Shown here piece after piece: positions 28,520 to 41,853 of a DNA stretch of 64,000 bases. Position 1 is the stretch's first letter. Each line of letters starts with the position of its first letter. A program made the position numbers and the translations under genes. Source of the stretch: an uncultured Planctomycetia bacterium (GTDB lineage Bacteria; Omnitrophota; Gorgyraeia; Tantalellales; Tantalellaceae). The notes under the pieces are model-generated. The model did not search any database. It was not told where the DNA came from and was given only the letters and a program-made list of their open reading frames with translations. Location of the stretch: NCBI GenBank assembly GCA_964421015.1, contig CAYQUS010000002.1:72538-136537 (forward strand). The letters are read 5' to 3'.

Positions 28520-28849
28520 CGCTTCTCCTTCTTTTTCTGTTTCTCGTCTAACAAGACCCGCTGATTATATCATACCTTAATATCAAGTCAAGATAATTAG
28601 GTTCCTGTTTTTCCCGGCACCGGAACCCTTTTTCTCCCTTAAAACGGCCTGATTATGTCTACTCTATTTTTTTCTCCTTTAGATTTCTCTTGCATAGCAT
28701 TTTCTTTCCAGATATAATGCTCTTCGCGGGATTTTTCTCTTGTTTTTACACTTTTGTCTGTGGATAACTTGTTGATATCTGCTCTTGGTGCTGTGGAAAA
28801 CTCTCTTTTTTCTGTTGATAACATTCGTTCTATCTTTCCGTATAAAAAT
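28520..28849. other. rpmH-dnaA intergenic region: candidate oriC / dnaA control region
   Basis: Point of gene-strand inversion. Perfect DnaA box TGTGGATAA at 28759-28767 and a 1-mismatch box TGTTGATAA at 28813-28821 (both lie inside the 5' extension of the track's dnaA ORF). Confidence 0.5.
28690..28718 (+). promoter_or_regulatory. Putative dnaA promoter TTGCAT-17-TATAAT
   Basis: Sigma70-like hexamers with 17-nt spacing upstream of dnaA. Confidence 0.35.
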
Positions 28850-30247
28850 ATGCAGACTATCTGGGACAAGACCCGTTCTTTACTGAAGACTGAATCCGAT
28901 GAGTTCATGTTTGACACCTGGTTTTCTCCTATATCTCAGGTTTCCGTGTCTGATACGGCTATAACTCTCGGGGTGCCCAGCAAGTTCCATGAGGATTGGC
29001 TTCGGGACAAATATCTGGATCTCCTTAAAAAGGCGGTGCTCCGCTCCTGCGGAAAACCTCTCGAAATAAACTTCATCGTCCATGACTCGCCTGCCCTGGA
29101 ACATGCGGGAAGCTTTGCCTCCGCGGTTCCCGGGCCTTTGACCCAAGACAAAAAGAAGGATCAATCGGTAGGATGGCTTAAGTCTGTTTTTTCCCAGGCT
29201 CGGCCGGCAGCCGAAAATAAAGCTAAAGAGATAGGGCTTAAAGGCGCTTACACTTTCGCGAATTTTGTGGTCGGCCCAAGCAATCAGTTCGCTCACGCAG
29301 CGGCGATGGCCGTTTGCGAGAACCTTTCCAAGGCCTACAACCCGCTTTTTCTATACGGAGGCGTGGGGCTTGGCAAAACTCATCTTATGCAGTCCCTGGC
29401 CCATGAGATAATAACGAGATATCCGAAGGCCAAGATACTTTACATAACCAGCGAGGACTTCACCAATCAGCTTATCTCCGCCATAAGGACCAAGACCACT
29501 CAGAAATTCCGTTCTCTTTTCCGTTCCGTGGACGTTCTTCTTGTCGATGATATACAGTTCATCGCCGGGAAGGAATCCACACAGGAGGAATTTTTCCATA
29601 CTTTTAATTCTCTGCACGACGCCCATAAACAACTTGTTTTTTGCAGCGACAGGTCTCCTAACGAGATCCCCGACCTTGAGGACCGCCTTGTTTCAAGGTT
29701 TTCCTGGGGTTTGACCGCCGACATACAGCCGCCGGATTTTGAGACCAGATCCGCTATTCTTGAGAAAAAGTGCGAGAACGAGAACATAAAGATACCGCAG
29801 GATGTCCTTTTTTTCCTGGCCGACAATATAAAAACGAACATAAGGGAGATGGAGGGCGCTCTTATCCGAGTGGTCGCTTACTCCCATTTGACTGGTAAGG
29901 AAATGTCCGTGGACCTTGCCAGGAACGTTCTTAAGGGAATGATATCTTCCGGGTCCAAGACCATTTCCGTGGACCTTATACAGAAAAAGGTTTCTGAGTT
30001 TTTTGGTATAAGCGAAAATGAAATGAAAACCAAAAAAAGGTCCAGATCTGTATCTTACCCAAGGCAGGTGGCGATGTTCCTTTCCAGGGAATTGACAAAT
30101 TTTTCCCTGCCCGATATAGGCGGGTTTTTCGGAGGAAGAGACCATTCCACGGTTGTTCATGCCTGTGATAAGATAGGAAAGGAAATAAAGGCTAATGGAG
30201 AAACAAGAGGCCTTGTTGAGAAGCTTACTCGGATAATTAAGTCCTGA
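28850..30247 (+). CDS. dnaA: Chromosomal replication initiator protein DnaA
   Basis: AAA+ Walker A GGVGLGKTHL, DnaA C-terminal DNA-binding signature. Start at M33 of the track ORF (MQTIWDKTRSLLK...FDTWFSPI matches the conserved DnaA N-terminus). Confidence 0.9.
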   Translation: MQTIWDKTRSLLKTESDEFMFDTWFSPISQVSVSDTAITLGVPSKFHEDWLRDKYLDLLKKAVLRSCGKPLEINFIVHDSPALEHAGSFASAVPGPLTQDKKKDQSVGWLKSVFSQARPAAENKAKEIGLKGAYTFANFVVGPSNQFAHAAAMAVCENLSKAYNPLFLYGGVGLGKTHLMQSLAHEIITRYPKAKILYITSEDFTNQLISAIRTKTTQKFRSLFRSVDVLLVDDIQFIAGKESTQEEFFHTFNSLHDAHKQLVFCSDRSPNEIPDLEDRLVSRFSWGLTADIQPPDFETRSAILEKKCENENIKIPQDVLFFLADNIKTNIREMEGALIRVVAYSHLTGKEMSVDLARNVLKGMISSGSKTISVDLIQKKVSEFFGISENEMKTKKRSRSVSYPRQVAMFLSRELTNFSLPDIGGFFGGRDHSTVVHACDKIGKEIKANGETRGLVEKLTRIIKS

Positions 30248-30465
30248 TCTTTGGATCTACTGTTGATATCCTGTTTTTGTTATTGACCTTAAAAAACCGG
30301 GTTATGTAAAGATATCCACAGGCTTTTTGGGTTGTAACTCTTTTATTTTAAAGAAAAAATGTAAGTTATCCACACAAAAAAAGGCACCTATTACATCTAT
30401 TACTGCTGTTTTTATTTAAAAACCAGTTGTTGTTGAAGGAGCTTAAGACCAATTAAGGGGGAAGT
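30248..30465. other. dnaA-dnaN intergenic DnaA-box cluster with AT-rich stretches (candidate oriC/DUE)
   Basis: Perfect TTATCCACA at 30366-30374, ATATCCACA at 30312-30320, TGTTGATAT at 30261. AT-rich TTTTATTTTAAAGAAAAAATG and TGTTTTTATTTAAAAACC. Confidence 0.5.
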
Positions 30466-31569
30466 ATGGAATTAACCGTATCAAAAGATGTCCTTGTAGG
30501 GGGTATACAAACCGTTCAAAATGCCGTATCGCAAAAAAGCAGCCTGCCTATACTTAGCAACGTTCTTCTTGAGGCCGGTCAAGGGAAATTAAAAATGACG
30601 GCAACCGATCTTGATATAGGGATAAGTTTTTCCTGCGAAGCGGCCGTTGAAGCCGAAGGAGCGATAACTATCCCGGCAAGGAAATTCTTCGACATAGTAA
30701 AAGCGCTTCCGGACGAGAACCCTATATCGATCTCAATGAAAAAAAGCAACTATGTTACAATAAAAAGCGCTAAAGCCCAGTTCAGGATAATAGGCCTTCC
30801 AAAAGAAGAGTTCCCGAACCTTCCGGTTTTTAAAGACCAGGACTCGATCTCTATAGAGCAAAAAACACTTAAAGAAATGATCTCCTTGACAGATTTCGCG
30901 ATCAGCAAGGACGACACCAGATACGTTCTTAACGGTACTCTCATGGTCGTTAAAGAAGACACGATAACCCTGGTTGCTACCGACGGAAGAAGGCTTGCTA
31001 CGATAGACAAAAAACTCGGCAAGAAGACCCTTGTCGACAGAACGGTCATAATACCGACAAAAACCGTGCAGGAAGTGAAAAGGATGCTTGCCGACGAAGG
31101 AGAAGTGAAAGTAAAGTTCAGCGACAATCAGATAATGTTCGAGTTTTCTTCCAGCGTGGTTATTTCAAGGCTTATAGAAGGAGACTACCCGAGCTATAAA
31201 AAAGTGATCCCTGAAAAAACCGGGAGCGAACTGAGAATAGACAGGGACGCTTTTCTTAACGCCACAAGAAGGGCAAGTATTTTCACGGAACAGGATTCGA
31301 TGGCCATAAAATTCAGCATAAAGAAAAAGAAAATGGTGATAGAAAAAGAAACGGCCTACATTGGAAAGGCCACGGAAGAAATAGACGCCGATTTCTCCGG
31401 GAAAGAGGATATCGATATCGGTTTCAATCCGAGATATCTTATAGATGTCCTTAAAAATCTTGAGGAAGACGAGATCGTATTTGAAGTCAGCGATCCGTCT
31501 AAACCCGGGGTCATAAGAAGAGGAAGCGAGTACACGTACGTTGTTCTGCCAATGCAGCTGGCGGAATAA
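30466..31569 (+). CDS. dnaN: DNA polymerase III beta sliding clamp
   Basis: 367 aa, three-domain clamp, conserved N-terminus (LxLxATDLDIGI). Confidence 0.9.
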   Translation: MELTVSKDVLVGGIQTVQNAVSQKSSLPILSNVLLEAGQGKLKMTATDLDIGISFSCEAAVEAEGAITIPARKFFDIVKALPDENPISISMKKSNYVTIKSAKAQFRIIGLPKEEFPNLPVFKDQDSISIEQKTLKEMISLTDFAISKDDTRYVLNGTLMVVKEDTITLVATDGRRLATIDKKLGKKTLVDRTVIIPTKTVQEVKRMLADEGEVKVKFSDNQIMFEFSSSVVISRLIEGDYPSYKKVIPEKTGSELRIDRDAFLNATRRASIFTEQDSMAIKFSIKKKKMVIEKETAYIGKATEEIDADFSGKEDIDIGFNPRYLIDVLKNLEEDEIVFEVSDPSKPGVIRRGSEYTYVVLPMQLAE

Positions 31570-31589
31570 GACAAAAAGGGCCGCGCGAG

Positions 31590-34476
<2,887 letters not shown>

Positions 34477-34509
34477 TAAAAAGCCCGAGGAATAAGGGAA
34501 AGGACGATT

Positions 34510-37023
34510 ATGTACACAAGAAACGAAAAAGTGATCCCGGTACACATAGAAGATGAAATGAAGGACTCCTACATAAATTACGCTATGAGCGTGATCGTGG
34601 GAAGAGCCCTGCCGGACGTGCGGGACGGCCTTAAGCCGGTGCACCGGAGGATACTCTACGCTATGAAGGACATGGGGATAACCTATAACAGGTCCTATAA
34701 AAAGAGCGCGAGAATAGTCGGAGAGGTGCTCGGTAAATATCACCCCCACGGGGACAGCGCTGTTTACGACGCGCTTGTTAGGATGGTGCAGGATTTTTCT
34801 TTGAGGTATCCCCTCGTGGACGGGCAGGGAAACTTCGGTTCTGTGGACGGGGACGCGGCCGCGGCAATGAGGTACACCGAAGCCAGGACACACCGGATAA
34901 CAGAACTTATGCTCAAGGATATAGAAAAGGAAACCGTAAAGTGGGTGCCTAATTTTGACGGCTCGCTCCAGGAACCGGCGGTTCTGCCGGCGGTTCTGCC
35001 CAATCTTCTTCTGAACGGTTCAAGCGGTATAGCGGTAGGAATGGCTACGAATATCCCCCCGCACAACATAGGAGAGATAGTCGACGCCGTGTGCTATCTG
35101 GCGGATAATCCGGACTGCCGGGTGGAAGATCTTCTTAAGATAGTCAAGGGCCCGGATTTCCCGACGGGAGGTCTTATCTGCGGGCACGACGGGATAAAAA
35201 GCGCCTACAGGACCGGACGAGGGTCGCTCAAGATGCACGCCAAAGCGCATATTGAACAGAAAAAGGGCGGGAGAGAGTCCATCATCGTAACGGAAATACC
35301 CTACCAGGTCAACAAGACCAGGCTTATTACTTCAATAGCCGATCTTGTAAAAGCGAGAAAGATCGAAGGCATACAGGACATAAGGGACGAATCCGACCGC
35401 GACGGCATGAGAATTGTGGTGGATGTTCGCAAGGGCCAGAACGCCCAGGTTGTAATGAACCTCCTCTACAAGCACACGCAGATGAAAGAGACCTTTGGAG
35501 TCATAATGCTCGCCCTGGTGGACGGGCAGCCGCAAATACTCAACCTGAAACAGGTTCTTGAGGAGTTCATACGGCACAGGAAAGAGGTGATAATAAAGAG
35601 GACAAAATACGACCTGGCCCAGGCGGAGGAAAGGGCACATATCCTGGAAGGTCTCAAGATAGCGATAAAGAACCTGGACGAGGTCATAAGGATAATAAAA
35701 AAATCCAGCGACAAGGAAACCGCCAAGCTCGCGCTTATGAAAAAGTTCGCGCTCAGCGAAAGACAGGCCGTGGCCATTCTGGAAATGAAACTTCATCAGC
35801 TGACGAGCCTTGAAACCGAGAAAATAGAGGAGGAATACCTTGAGCTCCTGAAGCTGATAGAAAAACTTAAAGGGATACTGGCCAGCGACAGGAAGGTCCT
35901 GGAAATAATAAAAGAGGAAACCCGCGAGATCAAAGAGAAGTTCGGGGACCAGAGGCGCACCGAAATAACCGGGGCCGCGGAGGATATGGATATAGAGGAC
36001 CTCATCGCGGAAGAAGACATGGTGATAACTCTAAGCCATGAGGGGTACATAAAGAGGTTCCCGGTAAGTTCGTATAGAAAGCAGAGAAGAGGCGGCAAAG
36101 GAGTGACCGGGGCAAAGACAAAAGACGAAGATTTTATAGAGCATCTTTTCATAGCATCGACGCATGATTACATGCTTGTTTTCACCAACGAAGGGAAACT
36201 GCACTGGCTTAAAGTACACGAGATCCCGCAAGCCGGGAAAATGACGAAGGGCCGGCCGATAGTTAACGTGGTGGGGCTTACCGCCGAGGAAAAGATAACA
36301 TCGGTAGTTCCGGTAAGAGAGTTCAAGGACGGGATGTTCGTGGTAATGGCCACAGAACAGGGAAAGATAAAAAAGACGGACCTGTCGGCTTTTAAAAACC
36401 CGAGAAAAGGCGGGATAATCGCCATCACCCTCGATAAGGGAGATTCGCTCATAAGTTCCGTTCTCTCGAACGGGGATGACGAGATAGTCATCGCGACATG
36501 GGCGGGTAAAGCCATAAAATTCAACGAAAAAGGAATAAGAGCCATGGGGAGATCCGCCCAGGGAGTGAGAGGCATAAGCCTTGGGAAAAAAGATAAAGTG
36601 GTGGGAATGGTAAAAGTGGTTCCCGAAGGGACATTGCTTTCCGTAACCGAAAAAGGGTATGGAAAAAGGACCGAATTCGGCGAATACCGCCTCCAGTCAA
36701 GAGGGGGAAGCGGTGTAATAAACCTGAAGGTGGTTGACAAGAACGGGAACGTGGTCGGGATAAAGAGCGTCAAGGAACTCGACGAGATAATGCTCATTTC
36801 CCAGCAGGGGATGATAGTGCGCGTCGCGGTCGCCGGAATAAGCAGCGTGGGCAGGGCCGCCCAGGGAGTTAAGGTCATATCCCTGAAGAGCGGGGACAGG
36901 CTTACTTCGGTGGCGAGTGTTGTGGCCAAGGAGAACGGAGACTCGGAAGAAGGGGACGACGAAGGAGAGGAAGAAGGCCCCGAAAACGAAGCCGGAGACG
37001 CGGCTGAAGAAAGCGAAGCATAA
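34510..37023 (+). CDS. gyrA: DNA gyrase subunit A
   Basis: Active-site region and QRDR ([10 protein letters not shown]), C-terminal beta-pinwheel, acidic tail. Confidence 0.95.
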   Translation: MYTRNEKVIPVHIEDEMKDSYINYAMSVIVGRALPDVRDGLKPVHRRILYAMKDMGITYNRSYKKSARIVGEVLGKYHPHGDSAVYDALVRMVQDFSLRYPLVDGQGNFGSVDGDAAAAMRYTEARTHRITELMLKDIEKETVKWVPNFDGSLQEPAVLPAVLPNLLLNGSSGIAVGMATNIPPHNIGEIVDAVCYLADNPDCRVEDLLKIVKGPDFPTGGLICGHDGIKSAYRTGRGSLKMHAKAHIEQKKGGRESIIVTEIPYQVNKTRLITSIADLVKARKIEGIQDIRDESDRDGMRIVVDVRKGQNAQVVMNLLYKHTQMKETFGVIMLALVDGQPQILNLKQVLEEFIRHRKEVIIKRTKYDLAQAEERAHILEGLKIAIKNLDEVIRIIKKSSDKETAKLALMKKFALSERQAVAILEMKLHQLTSLETEKIEEEYLELLKLIEKLKGILASDRKVLEIIKEETREIKEKFGDQRRTEITGAAEDMDIEDLIAEEDMVITLSHEGYIKRFPVSSYRKQRRGGKGVTGAKTKDEDFIEHLFIASTHDYMLVFTNEGKLHWLKVHEIPQAGKMTKGRPIVNVVGLTAEEKITSVVPVREFKDGMFVVMATEQGKIKKTDLSAFKNPRKGGIIAITLDKGDSLISSVLSNGDDEIVIATWAGKAIKFNEKGIRAMGRSAQGVRGISLGKKDKVVGMVKVVPEGTLLSVTEKGYGKRTEFGEYRLQSRGGSGVINLKVVDKNGNVVGIKSVKELDEIMLISQQGMIVRVAVAGISSVGRAAQGVKVISLKSGDRLTSVASVVAKENGDSEEGDDEGEEEGPENEAGDAAEESEA

Positions 37024-37078
37024 AAGAAAAAAACAGTTGAAAACGGGACAGGTATTTTGTAGAATACTGCCCTTCAGC

Positions 37079-37156
37079 GTCCCCATCGTCTAGCCTGGTC
37101 TAGGACATCAGATTTTCATTCTGACGACAGGGGTTCGAATCCCCTTGGGGACGCCA
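37079..37156 (+). tRNA. tRNA-Glu (anticodon TTC)
   Basis: Acceptor GTCCCCA/TGGGGAC, anticodon loop TTTTCAT, T-loop TTCGAAT, CCA encoded. Close to E. coli tRNA-Glu. Confidence 0.8.
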
Positions 37157-37162
37157 AAAAAA

Positions 37163-37205
37163 GAAGGGCCCTGAACAGGAGACATCCGAGCGGGGCCTTT
37201 TTTAT
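37163..37205 (+). terminator. Weak hairpin + T-tract after tRNA-Glu
   Basis: GGCCC ... GGGCC stem with a large loop, followed by TTTTTTATT. Confidence 0.3.
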
Positions 37206-37225
37206 TAACTGTTCCGGGGAGAACA

Positions 37226-37750
37226 ATGGACATAGAAGAGCTCTGGGAAAAAGCGCAGCAGAAAACAGAGATAGTAAGAGGAAGGGTCAAGGCTCTGCCG
37301 ACATTCGATTCCACCAAGGTGCCGTATGTTTTTCTCGGGGAATCGGTGGTTAACGAGGGACATACCGTCATAAGAAAAGGCAGCGTAATGATAGAAAAAC
37401 CCATGATAATACTTCCGGAGGACCTTCCCCAGTTCGAAGGGTTCGATTTCAAGGAAAATTTCGACGTGGAACACGGGACCATGCAAATGTTCTTTCTTAT
37501 GAGAGGAATAAGGTTCCCGTCCCTTAAGTACAACAACACGGTGGACAAACTTTCTCTCGAGGAAGCGTCTCTTTCCAAAACCGCGGAGAAATACCGCAAA
37601 GGGCTTGAAAGAAGGGAGAACGTCAATACGGCTCTTCTTATAGGGCCGGAGGACTGCTGGCAGTTCTCGGTGCTTTTGTACATGGCGTCGCTGGTGGGGC
37701 GATGCGCCAGGACCGACATCATTAATCTTATGGAAAAATTCAACGGGTAA
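37226..37750 (+). CDS. Hypothetical protein (no recognisable family)
   Basis: 174 aa ORF with GGGGAGA RBS and ordinary composition. Confidence 0.5.
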   Translation: MDIEELWEKAQQKTEIVRGRVKALPTFDSTKVPYVFLGESVVNEGHTVIRKGSVMIEKPMIILPEDLPQFEGFDFKENFDVEHGTMQMFFLMRGIRFPSLKYNNTVDKLSLEEASLSKTAEKYRKGLERRENVNTALLIGPEDCWQFSVLLYMASLVGRCARTDIINLMEKFNG

Positions 37751-37773
37751 AAGCCCTCCGGCAGGGAGATACC

Positions 37774-39633
37774 ATGTGCGGAATAATAGGGTACACGGGG
37801 CAAAAAGAAGCGGCAAGGATCCTGATAAAGGGTCTTTCCAGGCTGGAATACCGGGGGTACGATTCGGCTGGCATTGCCGTTCTTGACGGCGGAGAGATGA
37901 CCGTAAGGAAAAAGCAGGGAAAACTGCAGGTCCTGTCGGAAGATCTTAAAAAAACACCCGTGAAAGGAACAACAGGTATAGGGCACACCAGATGGGCCAC
38001 CCACGGAGTGCCCAATGACGTCAACGCCCATCCCCACGTGGACCATGCCACACAGATAGCCGTGGCGCATAACGGCATAATAGAGAATTATAAGGTCCTG
38101 AAGGAACAACTTATATCAAAAGGATATAAGTTCCGCTCGGAAACCGACACGGAGGTCATAGCGCATTTAATAGCCGAATATTACAAGGGAGACCTGAGAG
38201 AGGCCGTTCAGAAAGCCGTCAGGAGACTTTCCGGCTCCTTTGCCCTGGCCGTTGTGCATAAGGGAGAACCCGGAAGAATAATAGGCACAAGACAGGACAG
38301 CCCGCTCATCCTCGGGATAGGGAAAAAAGAGAACTTTATAGCAAGCGACATTCCCGCCGTTCTGGACCACACTAAAAACGTTATATATCTCGATAACGGG
38401 GACCTTGTGGACGTTCGGCCGGAGAACTTTTCCGTTTATGACAGAGGCGGTAAAAAGAAAAACCCGAAAACAGTTCCCGTAAAATGGGACATTTCCCAGG
38501 CGGAAAAAACCGGGTACAAACATTTCATGCTCAAGGAGATATTCGAACAACCGGAAGTCTTGCGGAACATCTTCAAAGAAAGAATAAAGAACGGGACCAA
38601 GGTGGTTTTCCACGAACAGAAAATAAAAGACGACGTACTGAAGAAGGTCCGCGGGATCGTAATAGTGGCTTGCGGGACAGCGTATCATGCCGGGCTTACC
38701 GGAAGGTACATAATAGAGAAAATGACTGGACTGCCGGTATGGGTCGACCAGTCCAGCGAGTTCAGGTACAGGGATCCCATCGTAGGGAAGGACACTCTTG
38801 TAGTGGTAGTTTCGCAGTCCGGGGAGACGGCGGATACTCTCGCGGCTCTCAGGGAGGCAAAGAAAAGGGGAGCCCCAGTTCTCGCGGTATGTAATGTCCT
38901 GGGATCCTCCATAGCCAGGGAGGCCGACGGGGTCATTTACACTCATGCCGGTCCGGAGATAGCCGTGGCTTCAACAAAAGCCTATACGGCGCAGCTGGCG
39001 ATATTGTACCTTTTCGCCTACTATATGGCGGATATTAAAAAGAAAAAACCACAAGGGCAAAAAAGTTTTCTCAGAGAGCTGGCGAAGATCCCCGCTTTGG
39101 CCGAAAAACTTCTGCAAGAATACAGGCACAAGAGCAACGCCATATCGAAGTATGCCGGAGAGTTCCAGAAGTATTATCTTTCCAGGAACAATAAGAGCTG
39201 TTTTTTATATTTAGCAAGGAACATAAATTATCCCAACGCCCTGGAAGGGGCGCTCAAGCTCAAGGAAATATCATACATAAGCGCCGAAGGGTATCCGGCG
39301 GGAGAAATGAAGCATGGCCCCATAGCTCTTATAGACGAGAACCCGTGGGTCGTATGCATCGCCCCGGTCTCGGAAACCCATGAGAAAATGATGGCCAACA
39401 TGGAGGAAATAAGCGCGCGAGGCGGGATAATAATAGCGATAGTTTCCGAGGGGGACACGTCTATCCCTCCCGGAAAAGTCAAGTACGTTATAAGAGTTCC
39501 CCGGTCCAGCGAGGTTTTTTCCCCTATGCTGGTAGTAATACCTCTCCAGCTGCTGGCATACTATGTGGCCGCGGAATTCGGATACGATATTGATCAGCCC
39601 AGGAACCTGGCCAAATCCGTTACGGTCGAGTAG
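37774..39633 (+). CDS. glmS: Glutamine--fructose-6-phosphate aminotransferase
   Basis: N-terminal MCGIxG glutaminase nucleophile, two SIS domains, C-terminal ...VE. Confidence 0.95.
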   Translation: MCGIIGYTGQKEAARILIKGLSRLEYRGYDSAGIAVLDGGEMTVRKKQGKLQVLSEDLKKTPVKGTTGIGHTRWATHGVPNDVNAHPHVDHATQIAVAHNGIIENYKVLKEQLISKGYKFRSETDTEVIAHLIAEYYKGDLREAVQKAVRRLSGSFALAVVHKGEPGRIIGTRQDSPLILGIGKKENFIASDIPAVLDHTKNVIYLDNGDLVDVRPENFSVYDRGGKKKNPKTVPVKWDISQAEKTGYKHFMLKEIFEQPEVLRNIFKERIKNGTKVVFHEQKIKDDVLKKVRGIVIVACGTAYHAGLTGRYIIEKMTGLPVWVDQSSEFRYRDPIVGKDTLVVVVSQSGETADTLAALREAKKRGAPVLAVCNVLGSSIAREADGVIYTHAGPEIAVASTKAYTAQLAILYLFAYYMADIKKKKPQGQKSFLRELAKIPALAEKLLQEYRHKSNAISKYAGEFQKYYLSRNNKSCFLYLARNINYPNALEGALKLKEISYISAEGYPAGEMKHGPIALIDENPWVVCIAPVSETHEKMMANMEEISARGGIIIAIVSEGDTSIPPGKVKYVIRVPRSSEVFSPMLVVIPLQLLAYYVAAEFGYDIDQPRNLAKSVTVE

Positions 39634-39688
39634 AGCTTGACCGACGGAGGTTCGTGGGATATAATGCTGAGGCTTTGGGAAAGGCGAC

Positions 39689-39766
39689 GGGCGCTTAGCT
39701 CAGTTGGTTTAGAGCGCTACCCTTACAAGGTAGATGTCATAGGTTCGACTCCTATAGCGCCCACCA
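39689..39766 (+). tRNA. tRNA-Val (anticodon TAC)
   Basis: Acceptor GGGCGCT/AGCGCCC, anticodon loop CTTACAA, T-loop TTCGACT, CCA encoded. Confidence 0.8.
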
Positions 39767-39838
39767 GTTTTCAAGAACGCGAAAATTGTCCCCGGAAGAT
39801 TGACGGGAACAAGGTTCTGTGATATAAAAATGCAACGC

Positions 39839-39915
39839 GGGGCGGTAGTTCAGTTGGCTAGAACGTCGGACTGTCGATCCGAAGGTCGCGGGTTCGAGCC
39901 CCGTCCGCCCCGCCA
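39839..39915 (+). tRNA. tRNA-Asp (anticodon GTC)
   Basis: Acceptor GGGGCGG/CCGCCCC, anticodon loop CTGTCGA, T-loop TTCGAGC, CCA encoded. Close to E. coli tRNA-Asp. Confidence 0.85.
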
Positions 39916-39940
39916 TTAACTGACAAAAAAGCAACGCCGG

Positions 39941-39970
39941 AGGACTACAGAGGTAGTCCTTTGTTTTTTT
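39941..39970 (+). terminator. Rho-independent terminator after tRNA-Asp
   Basis: Perfect 8-bp stem AGGACTAC-AGAG-GTAGTCCT followed by TTGTTTTTTT. Confidence 0.7.
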
Positions 39971-40007
39971 ATAGGTTCCTGCGCGAGGAAAGAAAAAGAA
40001 GGGTCAA

Positions 40008-41627
40008 ATGATAACAGCGAGCGGAGTTTCACTGCAGTTCGGCAAAAGAAAACTTTTTTCGGGAGTGAACATAACTTTCGACAAAGGGAACTGCTACGGG
40101 CTCATCGGGGCGAACGGATCGGGAAAATCCACGTTCCTCAAGATACTCTCCGGGGAAATAGAACCCTCCACGGGAGAGGTCTTTGTCACTCCCGGGGACA
40201 GGATCTCGGTCCTTAAGCAGGACCAGTTCGCTTTTGACGAATACACGGTCCTTGATACGGTTTTAAGGGGGCACAAAAAACTGCATGATGTCATGACCGA
40301 AAGGGAGAAGCTTTACGCTAAGGAAGAGCTTACGGACGAAGAAGGGATGAAAGCGGCCGACCTGGAGTCGGAATTCAGCAATCTTGACGGGTGGAATTCG
40401 GAATCCGACGCGGCGAAACTGCTTAAGGGACTCGGGATATCGCAGAATTTTTTGTCGGCGAAGATGGCCACCCTGGAATCCGGGCAGAAAGTCAGGGTGC
40501 TTCTGGCGCAGGCTCTTTTCGGGAACCCCGACGTGCTTCTTCTGGACGAGCCTACCAACCATCTTGACATGGATACTCGTATGTGGCTTGAGGAGTTTCT
40601 CTGTAATTTCAATAATACCGCTATCGTTGTATCGCACGACAGGCATTTTCTGGACAAGGTCTGCACGCATATAGCGGACATAGACTACGATAAGATACAG
40701 CTGTATCCCGGGAACTTTACTTTCTGGATGGAAGCCAGCGAACTTGCTCTCAAACAAAAAACGGAATATAACAGAAAAACCGAAGAGAAAAGAAAAGAGC
40801 TGCAGGAATTCATACAAAGGTTCAGCGCCAACGCCTCAAAGTCGCGGCAGGCCACAAGCCGGAAAAAAGTTCTTGAGAAACTTACCCTCGAAGAGATAAC
40901 TCCTTCCACCAGAAGGTACCCGTACATCAATTTCGAATTCGAAAAGGAGGCGGGGAACAGTATCCTTACCATAAGCGGTCTTTCCAAGGACCTTGGCGGA
41001 AAGGTGATGTTCCGGGATCTCGATATAACTGTCCGCAAGCAGGATAAAATAGCTTTTGTCGGGCACGAAGATCTTTCCAGGACTACGCTTTTCAGGATAC
41101 TTATGGGGGAAATGGAGCCGGACAACGGGAACTACCGATGGGGAGTGTCCACGACAAGAGCCTATTACCCCAAGGACAGCGCGGGATATTTTACCGACGA
41201 ACTGAGCATAATGGACTGGCTGGCCCAGTATTCGGCAAACACCGAAGAAAATTTCATAAGGGGATTTCTGGGACGCATGCTTTTTTCGGGGGAAGAGTCT
41301 TTCAAGTCCGTCAGGGTACTTTCCGGAGGAGAAAGGGTAAGATGCATGCTTGCAAGGATGATGCTTTCTCAGGCAAATGTTCTGATACTGGACGAACCTA
41401 CAAACCATCTTGACCTGGAATCAATAACGGCTTTAAACAAAGGACTTACGGCTTTTAAGGGGCCGGTGCTTTTCTCCTCTTTTGACCATCAGCTGGTTCA
41501 GACCGTAGCCAACCGTATAGTGGAAATAACCCCCAGAGGGTACATAGACAAGCCCGACACCACTTTCGACGAGTATCTTGCCGACCCCAAGGTCCACGCA
41601 AGGCGGGAACAGCTCTACGAAGACTGA
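40008..41627 (+). CDS. ABC-F family ATPase (EttA/YbiT-like, two ABC domains, no TM)
   Basis: Two Walker A (GANGSGKST, second cassette) and two LSGGE signature motifs separated by a linker. 539 aa. Confidence 0.85.
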   Translation: MITASGVSLQFGKRKLFSGVNITFDKGNCYGLIGANGSGKSTFLKILSGEIEPSTGEVFVTPGDRISVLKQDQFAFDEYTVLDTVLRGHKKLHDVMTEREKLYAKEELTDEEGMKAADLESEFSNLDGWNSESDAAKLLKGLGISQNFLSAKMATLESGQKVRVLLAQALFGNPDVLLLDEPTNHLDMDTRMWLEEFLCNFNNTAIVVSHDRHFLDKVCTHIADIDYDKIQLYPGNFTFWMEASELALKQKTEYNRKTEEKRKELQEFIQRFSANASKSRQATSRKKVLEKLTLEEITPSTRRYPYINFEFEKEAGNSILTISGLSKDLGGKVMFRDLDITVRKQDKIAFVGHEDLSRTTLFRILMGEMEPDNGNYRWGVSTTRAYYPKDSAGYFTDELSIMDWLAQYSANTEENFIRGFLGRMLFSGEESFKSVRVLSGGERVRCMLARMMLSQANVLILDEPTNHLDLESITALNKGLTAFKGPVLFSSFDHQLVQTVANRIVEITPRGYIDKPDTTFDEYLADPKVHARREQLYED

Positions 41628-41853
41628 TCTTCCCAACAGGCTTTCAATAAACGACATACAACGATATCCACAGGATTTAAGACGTATTTCCCGGCAGATT
41701 TTTCCCTGAAAAGAAAGGAATCACGGAAAACCTTTTGCGCAAAGACAGGTGAACTTTCGCGGGACGGGATTTTCTCCGGGGGTTTACTTGTCGCCGTTAG
41801 TAATGTATAATACCATAGTGTTTTTATCGAAAACCCAAAGAGAGGAGCCTATA

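Noticed and set aside
28754-28849. 5' extension of the track's dnaA ORF (32 extra codons)
   Set aside because: The extension contains a perfect DnaA box and lies just downstream of promoter-like hexamers (28690-28718), and the conserved DnaA N-terminus begins at the internal Met (28850).
37751-37773. Possible glmS ribozyme upstream of glmS
   Set aside because: Only 23 nt separate the preceding ORF from glmS. The upstream region is a plausible protein-coding ORF with RBS.
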